Source of the DNA: Tubiluchus corallicola
Lineage: Eukaryota; Animalia; Priapulida
Assembly: GCA_030141605.1 (NCBI GenBank)
Contig: JAQGDQ010001713.1
Coordinates: 1-28,275, forward strand
DNA: 28,275 nucleotides
Direction: 5' to 3'
A program made the translations under genes and the position numbers. Under the pieces are notes generated by a model. That model was given only the letters and a program-made list of their open reading frames with translations. It did no database searches and was not told the DNA's origin. Shown here piece by piece: positions 1 through 11,807 of this stretch (the first letter of the stretch is position 1; each line of letters starts with the position of its first letter).

Positions 1-955
1 TTTTGCCTGTTTTGTGCTATTCTGTTCCGTTTTGTAGATTTTTGCCTGTTTTGTGCTATTCTGTTCCGTTTTGTAGATGTTTGCCTGTTTTGTGCTATTC
101 TGTTCCGTTTTGTAGATTCTGTTCCGTTTTGTAGATGTTTGCCTGTTTTGTGCTTTTCTGTTCCGTTTTGTAGATTCTGTTCCGTTTTGTGATGTTTGCC
201 TGTTTTGTGCTATTCTGTTCCGTTTTGTAGATGTTTGCCTGTTTTGTGCTATTCTGTTCCGTTTTGTAGATTTTTGCCTGTTTTGTGCTATTCTGTTCCG
301 TTTTGTAGATTTTTGCCTGTTTTGTGCTATTCTGTTCCGTTTTGTAGATGTTTGCCTGTTTTGTGCTATTCTGTTCCGTTTTGTAGATTCTGTTCCGTTT
401 TGTAGATGTTTGCCTGTTTTGTGCTTTTCTGTTCCGTTTTGTAGATTCTGTTCCGTTTTGTAGATGTTTGCCTGTTTTGTGCTATTCTGTTCCGTTTTGT
501 AGATGTTTGCCTGTTTTGTGCTATTCTGTTCCGTTTTGTAGATTTTTGCCTGTTTTGTGCTATTCTGTTCCGTTTTGTAGATTTTTGCCTGTTTTGTGCT
601 ATTCTGTTCCGTTTTGTAGATGTTTGCCTGTTTTGTGCTATTCTGTTCCGTTTTGTAGATTCTGTTCCGTTTTGTAGATGTTTGCCTGTTCTGTGCTATT
701 CTGTTCCATTTTGCAGATTTTTGCCTTTTGTTTTTTTTTGCCTGTTTTGTGCCATTCTGTTCCATTTTGTAGATTTTTGCCTATTTTGTGCTATTCTGTT
801 CCATTTTGCACATTTTTGTCTATTTTGTGCTATTCTGTTCCGTTTTGTAGATTTTTTGCTTTTGTTTTTTGCCTGTTTTGTGCCATTCTGTTCCGTTTTG
901 TAGATTTTTTGCTTTTGTTTTTTGCCTGTTTTGTGCTATTCTGTTCCGTTTTGTA
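1..955 (+). repeat. 39-bp tandem repeat array (T-rich strand) with 272-bp higher-order period
   Basis: Unit TTTGCCTGTTTTGTGCTATTCTGTTCCGTTTTGTAGAT(T/G) plus interspersed ~19-bp partial units. Identical ORF translations start at 196 and 468. Confidence 0.95.
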
Positions 956-1237
956 AATTTTTCCTTTTCCTGTCAAGTTGTGTGTTGCTCTGTCATGTCC
1001 TGTCCCAGTCCTATTCTGTTGTTTTCTATTCTGTTTTTGTTCTATTATTTTTAAGTAGTATTTTCTAATTCCGTTATGTTTTGCATTGAATTATATCGTT
1101 CGATCCTATTCTGTGCTATTCTATGCTGTGCTGTTTTATCCTATTCATATTTCTTATGAGGTACAGTCTGTTCTTTCACTCACCTGTAAAGTATTACAGT
1201 CTTAATACGGCAACAAGTAATTAGCAACGTATTTTAA

Positions 1238-1267
1238 TATATATATGTATATATATGTATATATATT
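1238..1267. repeat. (TA)n-like microsatellite
   Basis: TATATATATGTATATATATGTATATATAT. Confidence 0.8.
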
Positions 1268-2288
1268 TATTAAAATTTAATGCAACATTATTTTGTATTT
1301 CGACTATCAAACATGGGCGTGTATATGTTTGTGAAACAGATTAACTCTTTATAATTTTGAACAGCTGAGCAGCAAAGTTGTTGAAATTGCTCGGTTACTG
1401 TACTTCTGTAATCACTACCACACTCAGCTGCTCCAAACTAGCAGCTCTGTAAATACGGGCACTGTTCTCCTGACTGTATGTTACGCAGCTAGAATTTTCG
1501 GGAAATCGAAACCTGTATATTTATTGTTTTTTTTGTATTGCATCTTTACATGACTGTATCTGTTTTGCCATGAATTTATGCATATACTATAATTATTATT
1601 ATTCACAATGTGACCTGGTATTCAATTCTCGAGAATTTCTCGCTTACTATTTTTCCACCCTTTAAAGATTTGACTAGATTAAATACACATTTCTGCTTCT
1701 TAGTACTTAATTTAATACAAAATCTATTTTTAATGCTATAATGTTTATATATAGTATATATATACAAACACTTCAAAAATGTCATGAGCCTGTGAGTAAA
1801 CTTGTATTTTTAATACGGGGCAGCTGACCAAGTGACCAATAGGTCTTTCGCTGCTCCTTCTCAGTTGTAATGAAGTGTAAAAATAATTATGACGAATTTT
1901 AACTGCTATTGAGGAAATGAAATTGACTTGAATTGAATTCAATTTAGAAAGCTTCGTATACATGTAAATCAAAGTGGCAGTAATGCACGTGTGAAAAATA
2001 TTTATCATACTGTAAGGCAAGTGTTTTAATCCACTGAACGAAGACAAGATGATTTTCATATACGTCCCCATTTTCAAGTACGGTAAAGTATACATTTTAA
2101 CGCCAATTATACTGCAAAAGCATAGAATAGCACAGAATAGGATCGAACGATATAATTCAATGCAAAACATAACGGAATTAGAAAATACTACTTAAAAATA
2201 ATAGAACAAAAACAGAATAGAAAACAACAGAATAGGACTGGGACAGGACATGACAGCGTAACACAACTTGACAGGAAAAGGAAAAATT

Positions 2289-3240
2289 TACAAAACGGAA
2301 CAGAATAGCACAAAACAGGCAAAAAACAAAAGGCAAAAATCTACAAAACGGAACAGAATGGCACAAAACAGGCAAAAATCTACAAAACGGAACAGAATAG
2401 CACAAAACAGGCAAAAATCTACAAAACGGAACAGAATAGCACAAAACAGGCAAACATCTACAAAACGGAACAGAATAGCACAAAACAGGCAAACATCTAC
2501 AAAACGGAACAGAATCTACAAAACGGAACAGAAAAGCACAAAACAGGCAAACATCTACAAAACGGAACAGAATCTACAAAACGGAACAGAATAGCACAAA
2601 ACAGGCAAACATCTACAAAACGGAACAGAATAGCACAAAACAGGCAAAAATCTACAAAACGGAACAGAATAGCACAAAACAGGCAAAAATCTACAAAACG
2701 GAACAGAATAGCACAAAACAGGCAAACATCTACAAAACGGAACAGAATAGCACAAAACAGGCAAACATCTACAAAACGGAACAGAATCTACAAAACGGAA
2801 CAGAAAAGCACAAAACAGGCAAACATCTACAAAACGGAACAGAATCTACAAAACGGAACAGAATAGCACAAAACAGGCAAACATCTACAAAACGGAACAG
2901 AATAGCACAAAACAGGCAAAAATCTACAAAACGGAACAGAATAGCACAAAACAGGCAAAAAACAAAAGGCAATAATCTACAAAACGGAACAGAATGGCAC
3001 AAAACAGGCAAAAAACAAAAGGCAAAAATCTACAAAACGGAACAGAATGGCACAAAACAGGCATAAAACAAAAGGCAATAATCTACAAAACGGAACAGAA
3101 TAGCACAAAACAGGCAAAAAACAAAAGGCAATAATCTACAAAACGGAACAGAATAGCACAAAACAGGCAAAAAACAAAAGGCAATAATCTACAAAACGGA
3201 ACAGAATAGCACAAAACAGGCAAAAAGCAAAACAGAACAA
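2289..3240 (-). repeat. Inverted copy of the 39-bp tandem array
   Basis: Unit ATCTACAAAACGGAACAGAATAGCACAAAACAGGCAAA(A/C). The minus-strand ORF 2555-2764 is identical to the plus-strand ORFs at 196 and 468. Confidence 0.95.
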
Positions 3241-3688
3241 AAACACTGAGAATATCATAGAATAAACAGTGAATATTAATACGTGATAACTCCTGACTTC
3301 TGAGCTGCTATATTAACGGCTATCAGACCAAAGGAAATAGTCCAATCCTCTGTAAATACAATTAGTGATGGTCTGTTAACTAAGAGAGTGCAGGTGAACG
3401 AGGCTGAATTGCCTCCAATGGTCAGTCCAATTATGCGCTACAGACATTAAGCACTTTCCTCGAACAAACGTTTCACTGTCCAGCGTAGTAAACTCTTAAA
3501 TAGAGCATATAAAGCCGGTTAAGCGACGAAGTTCATTCACATTAAGAGTATTGCAAAAAAAACTAGACCACATTTTTACGAATGTTGTAAAAGTTTGAAG
3601 GCAAGTAAGTTACCACCCGAATAGATTCTACACACGAAATGCCACTCCCTCCCACAAGGCAAAGGTCTGTGTACTAGAAAGGCACTTA

Positions 3689-3770
3689 GCAGTATATTTG
3701 TGGAATAGTGTACCCAATACAATCATTTCCCCTCCTTTAAAAATAGCTACCAAACAATATAAGATATTTT
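3689..3770 (+). mobile_element. Possible degenerate non-LTR retrotransposon ORF2 C-terminal remnant
   Basis: Translates AVYLWNSVPNTI, then SFKNSY in a shifted frame. This resembles the LWNxLP...FK end of CR1/L2-group ORF2, and it lies upstream of a LINE-like tail. Confidence 0.35.
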
Positions 3771-3946
3771 TACTTAGTAATATTCATTGGCGTAGAAAAC
3801 CAGAGGTTTTTCTCTTTTTTGTGCACGTGTGTCTTTTTGCACTAATGTTTTTCTTTTACTAATAGGTATCATTACGACCTTTGTTACTTTATTAGTAAAA
3901 GGTATAAATCAATTTAAATGAAATTATTCATTCATCGCAGCCTATG

Positions 3947-4205
3947 TCAAAATCGTAATTACATATTATGTTTTCCTTATGTTTCCTTGCTATTATTACA
4001 TCATTTACTTTATTACATCAATTACATTAAGTTATCTACAAAAGCACCCATAACTTTAATAATTTTTTCATTTAAGTAAGGTGAGTTTGTTAATGGACCG
4101 TATGGTCGTACACTCACCTCGCACTACTCAAATCATTTTATTTAAAGTTTATTAATGTGTTTGATATTGTATTTTGATGTGTGAAAATGAAATTCATAGT
4201 TCATA
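3947..4205 (+). repeat. Dispersed repeat copy 1 (LINE/SINE-like 3' region with stem-loop)
   Basis: Colinear with 17533-17810 from TCAAAATCGTAATTACATATTATG to AAATTCATAGTTCATA. Contains an AGGTGAGT...ACTCACCT stem. Confidence 0.8.
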
Positions 4206-5180
4206 TAACAAATAGTTTACTTTAAAGGAACAGTTTAAAATCCTTCACGGTAGCCCATAATAATTCTTCTCCATTTAAGAGGGTTTGCAAACCTTGGTAG
4301 ATTATACTAAAATCAACAACGTGATATGAACTTAGGTGAGAGTGAAATTTAAAACACGCCCATATGACTATCGTTCAAAAACAAAAGTTCCAGAAAAATC
4401 GTCAGAACAGTCGAACTCTTTACTAATGACTCAAAATATGTAACGATGTACGGTAATTTGGCTTCTGAATGTTGGGACTTGCACACTTTTTGAATTAAGT
4501 GAAAAAAAATCACCAGAGATCCTACCTGCGCAAAATCACATTGGTTATTTTCACACTAGTTCGACGCCATTGCAGCAGTACTAGACAATCAGACATATTG
4601 TTCTAAAACTGGAACATACATGTTACGATTTTCGTATAGTTTCTCTCACGAAATATGTATTTTTTTGCCTCGTAACAAGACTGTATAGTGCGGGCCCGAG
4701 TTAACTGTTTAACACTGATCATAAATAATTAAGTAGACTCTACAGAAGATGAAACACATGAAATCTACAGCTGCAAGCCAGTAACAACGTTTTAAAAGTC
4801 TCATTAATAATGTATACAAATAGTAGCGACCACTAGTCCGATGAAACCCTGGTAAATCCAAAGTTAAGCCAGATTCAGTTTAGCTTTACGTGCTTTATGA
4901 GGAAGCCACAGGTGTTTGGTGACGGAAACTGTAATTTGATGACATTCAACGTTCTCATTTTCGACTTATATGGCTTCGTGGCTTCATCTAATAACATACA
5001 ACATTCGACATGCACTTGGTGAACAAAACATATTATCCTATTATTACTTGCTCAACACCTGCTAATGTTTATGACTTTAATTTGCAGATTAGTAATCAGG
5101 GGTGGTAACTGACCTAATTTGTGTTTTGTGTGAATGTAATAGCTGTCATGCAAACTCTGCACTTGAACATAAGCATACAC

Positions 5181-5866
5181 TAGGGCTGCCACCCTGTCAG
5201 GAGCTAAGAACTAGCTAGGGGGGCTGTAAGCTCCCCCAATAGGGCCCGGGACGGAGAACAGGAAATCAAGCTTTTCCTGCATTTTAGATGCAATATTTCA
5301 GAGGTTTTCTTTCAGGAACTAAAATCAAGAAATTCTAACTACAAAGTAGAAAAACACAACCTTGGTTTTAGATTCCAAAAAGCCCTAAAAATCTAAAACT
5401 TACAAAAGTGCAACAAGTGTACACAAATTTTTGGAGTTTCTTCCCGGTCACATTCCTCACGTTTGATGAGGTTTCTGGGATCGGTTTACCAATCAAATTA
5501 ATAAACACTTTTATATTTACGTGAATTAAAGCTAAAACTGGAGAATACTCGATTGGCACCACTTGTCACTGCAGCAAAAAATCTTGAGAAACGTAGAGAG
5601 GGTGAAACGATGAAGCTATGCAATCGATTAAAATTAATTTAACAAGTTAACTGTTACCTTAATTAACAGACTCAGCTGTTTTTTGACTTAATCTTTTGCA
5701 AAGTCTCAATAGCAGGCAAGTTCTATTTCCGTTTTTTTCCACTTAAATTTCAATGTGATGGTCAAAATCAGGAAATTTTAAAATTTTTCAAAAATCCGAC
5801 CCAACTACGAATCTATGGCTGAATTTGAGGAGATTCCAGGCCAAATCTAGAGTGATGGCAACCCTA
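5181..5866. mobile_element. Non-autonomous hAT-like DNA transposon (MITE)
   Basis: TIRs TAGGGCTGCCA / TGGCAACCCTA (10/11). Flanked by 8-bp GCATACAC (5173-5180) and GCATACAT (5867-5874); an 8-bp TSD is characteristic of hAT. Confidence 0.8.
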
Positions 5867-5964
5867 GCATACATAGTGTTATTAATAAGTATTGTGAGCG
5901 AAAAGTAAACAGTACCAATGTATGCAATACCGAGTGTGTGTTTAAACACCAACATAGTGAAGCA

Positions 5965-6560
5965 ACAACAATACTTGTTGAAAAAATATGTTTAAAGTAG
6001 AAAAAATGTTCATAACTAAGCCTGTACCTCTATTACTATTTTACAATGCCTGGATTAAAAAACTTGAAAAAACGAATCGGTAGTTTGATCAGAAAGACTA
6101 TACAGTAAAAAATGTTCATAACTAAGCCTACTGTACCTCTATTACTATTTTACAATGCCTGGATTAAAAAACTTAAAAAAATGAATCGGTAGTTTGATCA
6201 GAAAGACTATACAGAGAAACAATACTTGTAAAAAACACGTTTAAATTAAAAAAATGTTCACGACAAAGCCTACTGTACCTCTTACTATTTTACAATGCCT
6301 GGATTAAAAAACTTGAAAAAACGAATCGGTAGTTTGATCAGCAAGACTATACAGTAAAAAATGTTCACAGCTAAGCCTACTGTACCTCTTACTATTTTAC
6401 AATGCCTGGATTAAAAAACTTGAAAAAACGAATCGGTAGTTTGATCAGAAAGACTATACAGTAAAAAATGTTCATAACTAAGCCTACTGTACCTCCATTA
6501 CTATTTTACAATGCCTGGATTAAAAAAAGTTAAAAAACTTATGTTAAAAAGACGTTATCA
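5965..6560 (+). repeat. ~107-bp tandem repeat, ~5 copies
   Basis: Unit AAAAAATGTTCATAACTAAGCCTACTGTACCTC...GGTAGTTTGATCAGAAAGACTATACAGT starts at about 6001, 6107, 6248, 6356 and 6463. Confidence 0.9.
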
Positions 6561-7267
6561 GAAAGATATTAAACCTAACAAAAAACATTTTTTAAGTGTC
6601 TAAAATGTGTAAGTGTCTAATAAAGGCAACTAAACACAGGGGCAACGGTTTTTATGTGATTCGAAAAACGATTAGCTTTAATTCTAAGTAGCAACGTATA
6701 GGGGTAAAACTCTTGAAGAATGTACTAGTTATCTGACAGTGTATCACGCCTTTAGGCAAAAATATACGAGCACATTCTACAGGTTCAAAGTTCCGTCTAT
6801 ACTGTCTATACTACAGCCTAAGCTGAGGTAAATGCAGGATAAGATATGCGTGCGGGCGTTGATGCGATGGGGCGGGCCACTTGTTTACAATCAAGTAAAT
6901 AATCAAGTTCGAAGCAAGAAATGACAAACATGTTGCACGCGTTATAAAAAGAGGTACAAACTTCAAAGAGGATACGGCACGCTTTACAATTTACATACGT
7001 GCCCGGTGTTGGCAAGAATGTATCTATTTAATATCAGCACAACAGATTATATTTGCCTAAATGATATTAAAAAGAAATTGGTCATTCAAAATCTCATAAC
7101 GATAGGGGCAGAAATACACCACGCCTGTCTGCAGTCTTATACGTTTTTTTGTTCTCAATGCATTCGATGCAAATTTCTTTTTTTAGTATTTTGTGTGTAA
7201 ATTTTGATCTCGCCCCCTTCCCTAAAGAGCCCAGCTTTTCGCCATTCGTCATTCTTAAGCCTTTGCG

Positions 7268-7377
7268 AAAGGAGAGAGAAAGGAGAATGAGACAAAGAGA
7301 GAGAATGAAGAGAGAGAAAGGAGAGAGGAAAATGAAAGAGAGAGAGAGAAAAGAGAGAGGAGAGAGAGAGAGAGAGA

Positions 7378-7420
<43 letters not shown>

Positions 7421-7625
7421 GAGAGGAGAGCGAGAGAGGAAGAGAGAGAGAGAGAGAGAGAGAGGGGTGAGTAAGAGAGAAAAAGAAAGAGAAAGAGAGA
7501 GAGGAGAGTGAGAGAGAGAGAGAGAGAGAAAGAAGAAAGGAGAGTGAAAGAGAGCGAGAGCGAGCGAGAGAGAGAGAGAGAGAGGAGAGTGAGAGAGAAA
7601 AAAAAGAAGAGAGAGAGAGAGAAAG

Positions 7626-7671
<46 letters not shown>

Positions 7672-7712
7672 GAAAGGAGAGTGAGTGAGAGAGAGAGAGA
7701 GACACGGGAGAG
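7268..7712 (+). repeat. Imperfect (GA)n polypurine microsatellite, ~440 bp
   Basis: Almost uninterrupted A/G tract; it accounts for the ER-rich and LS-rich ORFs here. Confidence 0.95.
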
Positions 7713-9097
7713 GTGACAAAGAAAGCAAGCAGAAATAAGGTGTTACTTGCAAGTTTAGCTATTAACACCGAGTTTCCCATTTCGAGAGACATCAGTCGGA
7801 ATAAATGTGAAGACAAATTATTGAAAATGTAAGATGCATCATTAAACAAGCTGCTTATGTAACCATAAAACACGCTTCTCTGCTCTTGAAAGATTAAAGT
7901 GATCTGAATTCATCAGCAGTCAAAGACTTACATGTTAAATACAGGCGTGAGAGGTACCAAAGCGTCGTACGAAAGGGACTGCTTTCCAACCCAGGCACAC
8001 ATCTATGGGGTTCATAAAAGCAAAGTTCCCGAAACAGATTAGAACCTGCCTTTAAATTTGATGAAATGGACACCATTTCATTATTTTAGCCACCGTATGT
8101 ACCTTGCCTAGTGTCTAAACTGCAATGAGATTTTTCAAATTCTTTAGAGGATTAACAGTCACGAAGATTTTCAACAATCACATTATCAGGCTACGTAGAG
8201 GAACAAACAACACGGTTCACTGAATGGGCGCCGACGGAATTCATAAAATCACAATAAAACAGTCGCCCTGGGTTCGAATCAGCATAATTACTCACAAAAA
8301 TGACCTTCAAGCAACGAGCTGAACTAACATAACATCTATGATTGCTTACATTTTCATTTATGAGCAGAATCGACCAGCGAGTATTAAATCTTAAACATAC
8401 AAAATTTCATACAAATAACCTGAAAAGTACAGCAGCACGGAAATACATTGCAAAACAATGAAACAATAACAAAGCCAGTTCTGACTGGACTTCGCAAAAG
8501 ACCTCTACTTCTGTTAAAATAGAGAATTGACTTTTTCAACTTTAATTTATTTATCTCTTTATAACACTACAATAAAACAAGAGTAATAAAAGAATCTCTA
8601 ATAAGTTTTGAAGAATGGTTAAAATGTATATATAGATCTACAACTAGAGAAAGGATAGTGAAAAGACTATAAAGTCACCTAGTCTGCTATCCTCTACCGA
8701 ATATAGATAAAATGATTTTTTAAACAGTGGTGGGCATTAATGTTATCAGTTTAATTTAGGAAACATTAGTAATTTTTAGAATTATGACATTTTTTATATA
8801 ATCCAGAGAAAAGAATATACGTGTGGTTTAATTAGCGGGCAACAAAATAAGGACAATCTTGATTAAACTAAACTTGAACTTGCAGATTACAGAGAACTTT
8901 TGTTATAATACTAAAGCTGATAATTTCCAAGAAAGTTTTATTAATGTGAAGAATAAAAACAAACAAGTGAATTTACTGAGCAATCATAGTAAAGTCAGCA
9001 AACTGTATATGTTGACTTAAAACAGCAAAAACACTTCAATCTGTGTTTGATTGAAGAACAGTCTGGATCACTTGGGTAACAGACATTTAGAAACTAG

Positions 9098-9586
9098 AAC
9101 ATTTAGGTAGTGGGCAGTTCGGCAGTGCACAGCGTGGTAGTGGACACTTGGACAGTGGAAATTTGGGCAAGAGACCATTTAGGTGTGTGGACACTGGTTG
9201 TCGACTTTGAGCAACATCCATTATGCCCGCCTGTGCATCCATTGACCGTTCTTCCCTCTTTCTGTCATTTCTTTATTTGTCTTTGTCAGTCTCGCGTTTA
9301 TCTGCATGCCCACTGTCTTATTTGACAGTGAAATCCAGGTAAAAAAATTACTGGAAAAGACATGGAAAAGAGGCACAGGAGAAAAAGAAATAACCCTAAC
9401 CCCGGCCAAAATAAATTGTGATTTTTTTCCTGTAACTTTATTACCAGTCACCGTCCAGTGACACTGTAACAGTCCCCTGAAAAAAATTCCACAGCACTTG
9501 TGCAACGAGTTGTGCTACTTAAACTGTCCACTGCCAGATACTATTGTTCAAGTGCCCACTGTCCAACTGTCCACTACCTAAGTGTT
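9098..9586. mobile_element. Degenerate TIR element (MITE) with short subterminal repeats, possibly holding a nested element
   Basis: Left end AACATTTAGGTAGTGGGCAGTTCGGCAGTG; reverse complement of right end AACACTTAGGTAGTGGACAGTTGGACAGTG. GTGGACA/TGTCCAC motifs recur near both ends. No clear TSD. Confidence 0.6.
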
Positions 9587-9984
9587 TACTGCCAGAATGA
9601 GGCAGAAGTGCTTTTATCTACAAACTGCTTTCATCTACAAGGTTATTTGATTTTGATAGAGCCGTGTAAAGTAACACGTTAAGGGAACTACGAATTAATT
9701 TTCACTTCAATGTATCTTACTGAGGACAAGCAGCATGGCAAAAACTTAAGTTAACTGTCAATACTTCAAACTCAAGGTTGCATATAATGTATCAACACAG
9801 AAGCTGTTTAACTTTTCATATGATACGAGCGCTAGATATATTTCTACTAGACTTAATATTATTTAATTTAATGTGATTCACAGAAAATGTGCATACAGTC
9901 TACACGTCAGGCTGAATAAGAGTTTAAAATTTTATATGCAAGAACATTTAAACAGTGATGCAAACTTTTCTTCTGTAATTAGAT

Positions 9985-10129
9985 GTCATTGGCGTAGTTT
10001 GTTATATCGTTAATTGTTATTTGTGTTATTGTTGTGTGTCATGATTTATTGTATTATTTGCATTAATTTGTGATGTGTATATGAACTTTGTAAAGTTTGC
10101 AATAAAATATTAAATCTAAAATCTAAAAT
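9985..10129 (+). mobile_element. Possible non-LTR retrotransposon 3' tail
   Basis: TG-rich stretch ending AATAAA-ATATT-AAATCTAAAATCTAAAAT, i.e. a polyA signal followed by a short tandem tail. Confidence 0.35.
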
Positions 10130-11807
10130 ACAAGAAAATCCCATTCGCTAAGTTCACCCCAGTTTGTAACGAGAGCTTCAAGTGGTTGCATAACAGTTTA
10201 TATTTTCATACCTTTGCATCACGTCTCCGCAGAACTCCTTTCTATTTCATTTTTCTTCTCTTTTTCTCTGTCTTTGTCTATTATTTTATCTTAACTATCT
10301 ATCTATCTTTTATATCATCTCATATATGAGCTTCATTCATTACATCATTCCATTCTGTAGCACTAATGTTTTCTTTATCATACGATTCACTTCAAATTTT
10401 CAGATAATTTTCATTACTTTTTTTTCTTTCACTGTGTGGGCCAATCTAACAAGCCCCGCTTTTTGACTGCCCGCAACACATTAACCTTCGTGTATAAGTG
10501 AACAGTGTTTTAGGCTTTTCCTGTGCAGAAACAACAAAAACTTATTTGTATTACGTTCATTGTAGGCCCTTTCACTATTATACACGAAACTATTGTAAAT
10601 GTGTAATGTGAAATAAATGACTTATGCATTATCTAGACAAAAACATTAAATTTTGTAGTTTTACCACTATTTTTTAAACTGTACTGTAGAACCCACGTAC
10701 TTTCCCGTAAAAGCTTTAATTTTCTCAACAATTGACAGCACAAATGAGGGAGAGTCTTTCAAGATTTCAAAATACACAACATACAAACACGATGTTTTAT
10801 TCGCATGGCAGACAAAACATCGTTATTGTATAAAATTCTTTGCAAAAAGGCGAGAAAATTGAATTACAGTTGTAAGAGAAACTGTTGAAGCAGAGAGGAA
10901 GTGCATGGCTCAAAGAACGAAAAGGTCACCATTCTGTCCAACCATTTTGTAGATTAAGGGTTCTATTTCTTGTTTATTTCGTGTATTTATAGACTGATTA
11001 ATAGAGATTATGCACTACAGTTAGTTTGTGGGCGTACTGATCTTCTTCAGATCCAGATTAGAGATCTGCAATAATTTTATGCTCATTAGCAATGCAAATA
11101 TTGGAAATGTCGAAAGAGTGTATCCAGTACACAAATTTGTACCTGCCAAATAACCCATAACTTGTAACAATTTGCGAGAACGCTTTAACGTGATATTAAC
11201 GAGATATTTAACTAATTAAAGAGAAATAAATTAAAATAAAAAAATTGAATTGAATTAACGTGTGCAATTGACAGCCGACTGCTAATTGTGCTTGAAACAC
11301 AGCTCACGTAGAAAACAATCAATTTGTACATTGTATTATTTGTATTGATAATCATTCACAATCTACCTTAGTACAAAATTGTTTAGCACAACACGTCTGT
11401 CAACAGAGCTTGTTAAAATTTGCTGGTACATCTGGTGGGCTGGTTTATTTGGTAATGCAAACAGATCACCGTCACAAAAGCACATGATGCACACTACGAT
11501 GAAAATGGCTGATTAGACAACTAATCATGACAAATTAGCATCAGCTTATCAATGTAATAAACTTACTCTGTTAGCAAGAGTGCGTGTTGTTCGGCTACTT
11601 AATTCTCTGAGTGGACAAGTTTGTAAGTTTACCGTTTCCCCATTTTTACAGACTAGTAATGCTAGTGAGAAGCTTCCCGTTATATAAGCTCTATGCTGTT
11701 GGAAAGAAGATATATACCATCAGTACTTGTTTCTTATGGCAGTTTGATTTTATCATGTTAATTAACTATACGATTTGATTTTTCCACGTACCCTAGACAC
11801 TAGGGTA

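Larger units (their letters stand above)
1..3240. mobile_element. Foldback-like long inverted repeat (arms 1-1127 and 2119-~3240, ~990-bp non-repetitive spacer); left arm runs off the window
   Basis: 956-1127 (...TTGCATTGAATTATATCGTTCGATCCTATTCTGTGCTATTCTATGCT) is the near-exact reverse complement of 2119-2288 (AGCATAGAATAGCACAGAATAGGATCGAACGATATAATTCAATGCAA...). Both continue outward into the same 39-bp array in opposite orientation. Modular tandem-repeat arms are typical of foldback elements. No TSD or transposase is visible. Confidence 0.6.

Noticed and set aside
1603-2170. Minus-strand ORFs in the foldback spacer as a transposase or the next ERM exon
   Set aside because: No catalytic or FERM motifs; composition is typical of AT-rich non-coding DNA.
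196-3011. Cys/Phe-rich and Lys/Arg/Gln-rich repetitive ORFs
   Set aside because: They are translations of the 39-bp array; identical peptides appear on both strands.
7094-7873. 259-aa LS-rich and 120-aa ER-rich ORFs
   Set aside because: Products of the (GA)n microsatellite.
8265-8283. GGGTTCGAATC B-box-like motif as a tRNA gene
   Set aside because: No A box or cloverleaf could be built around it.
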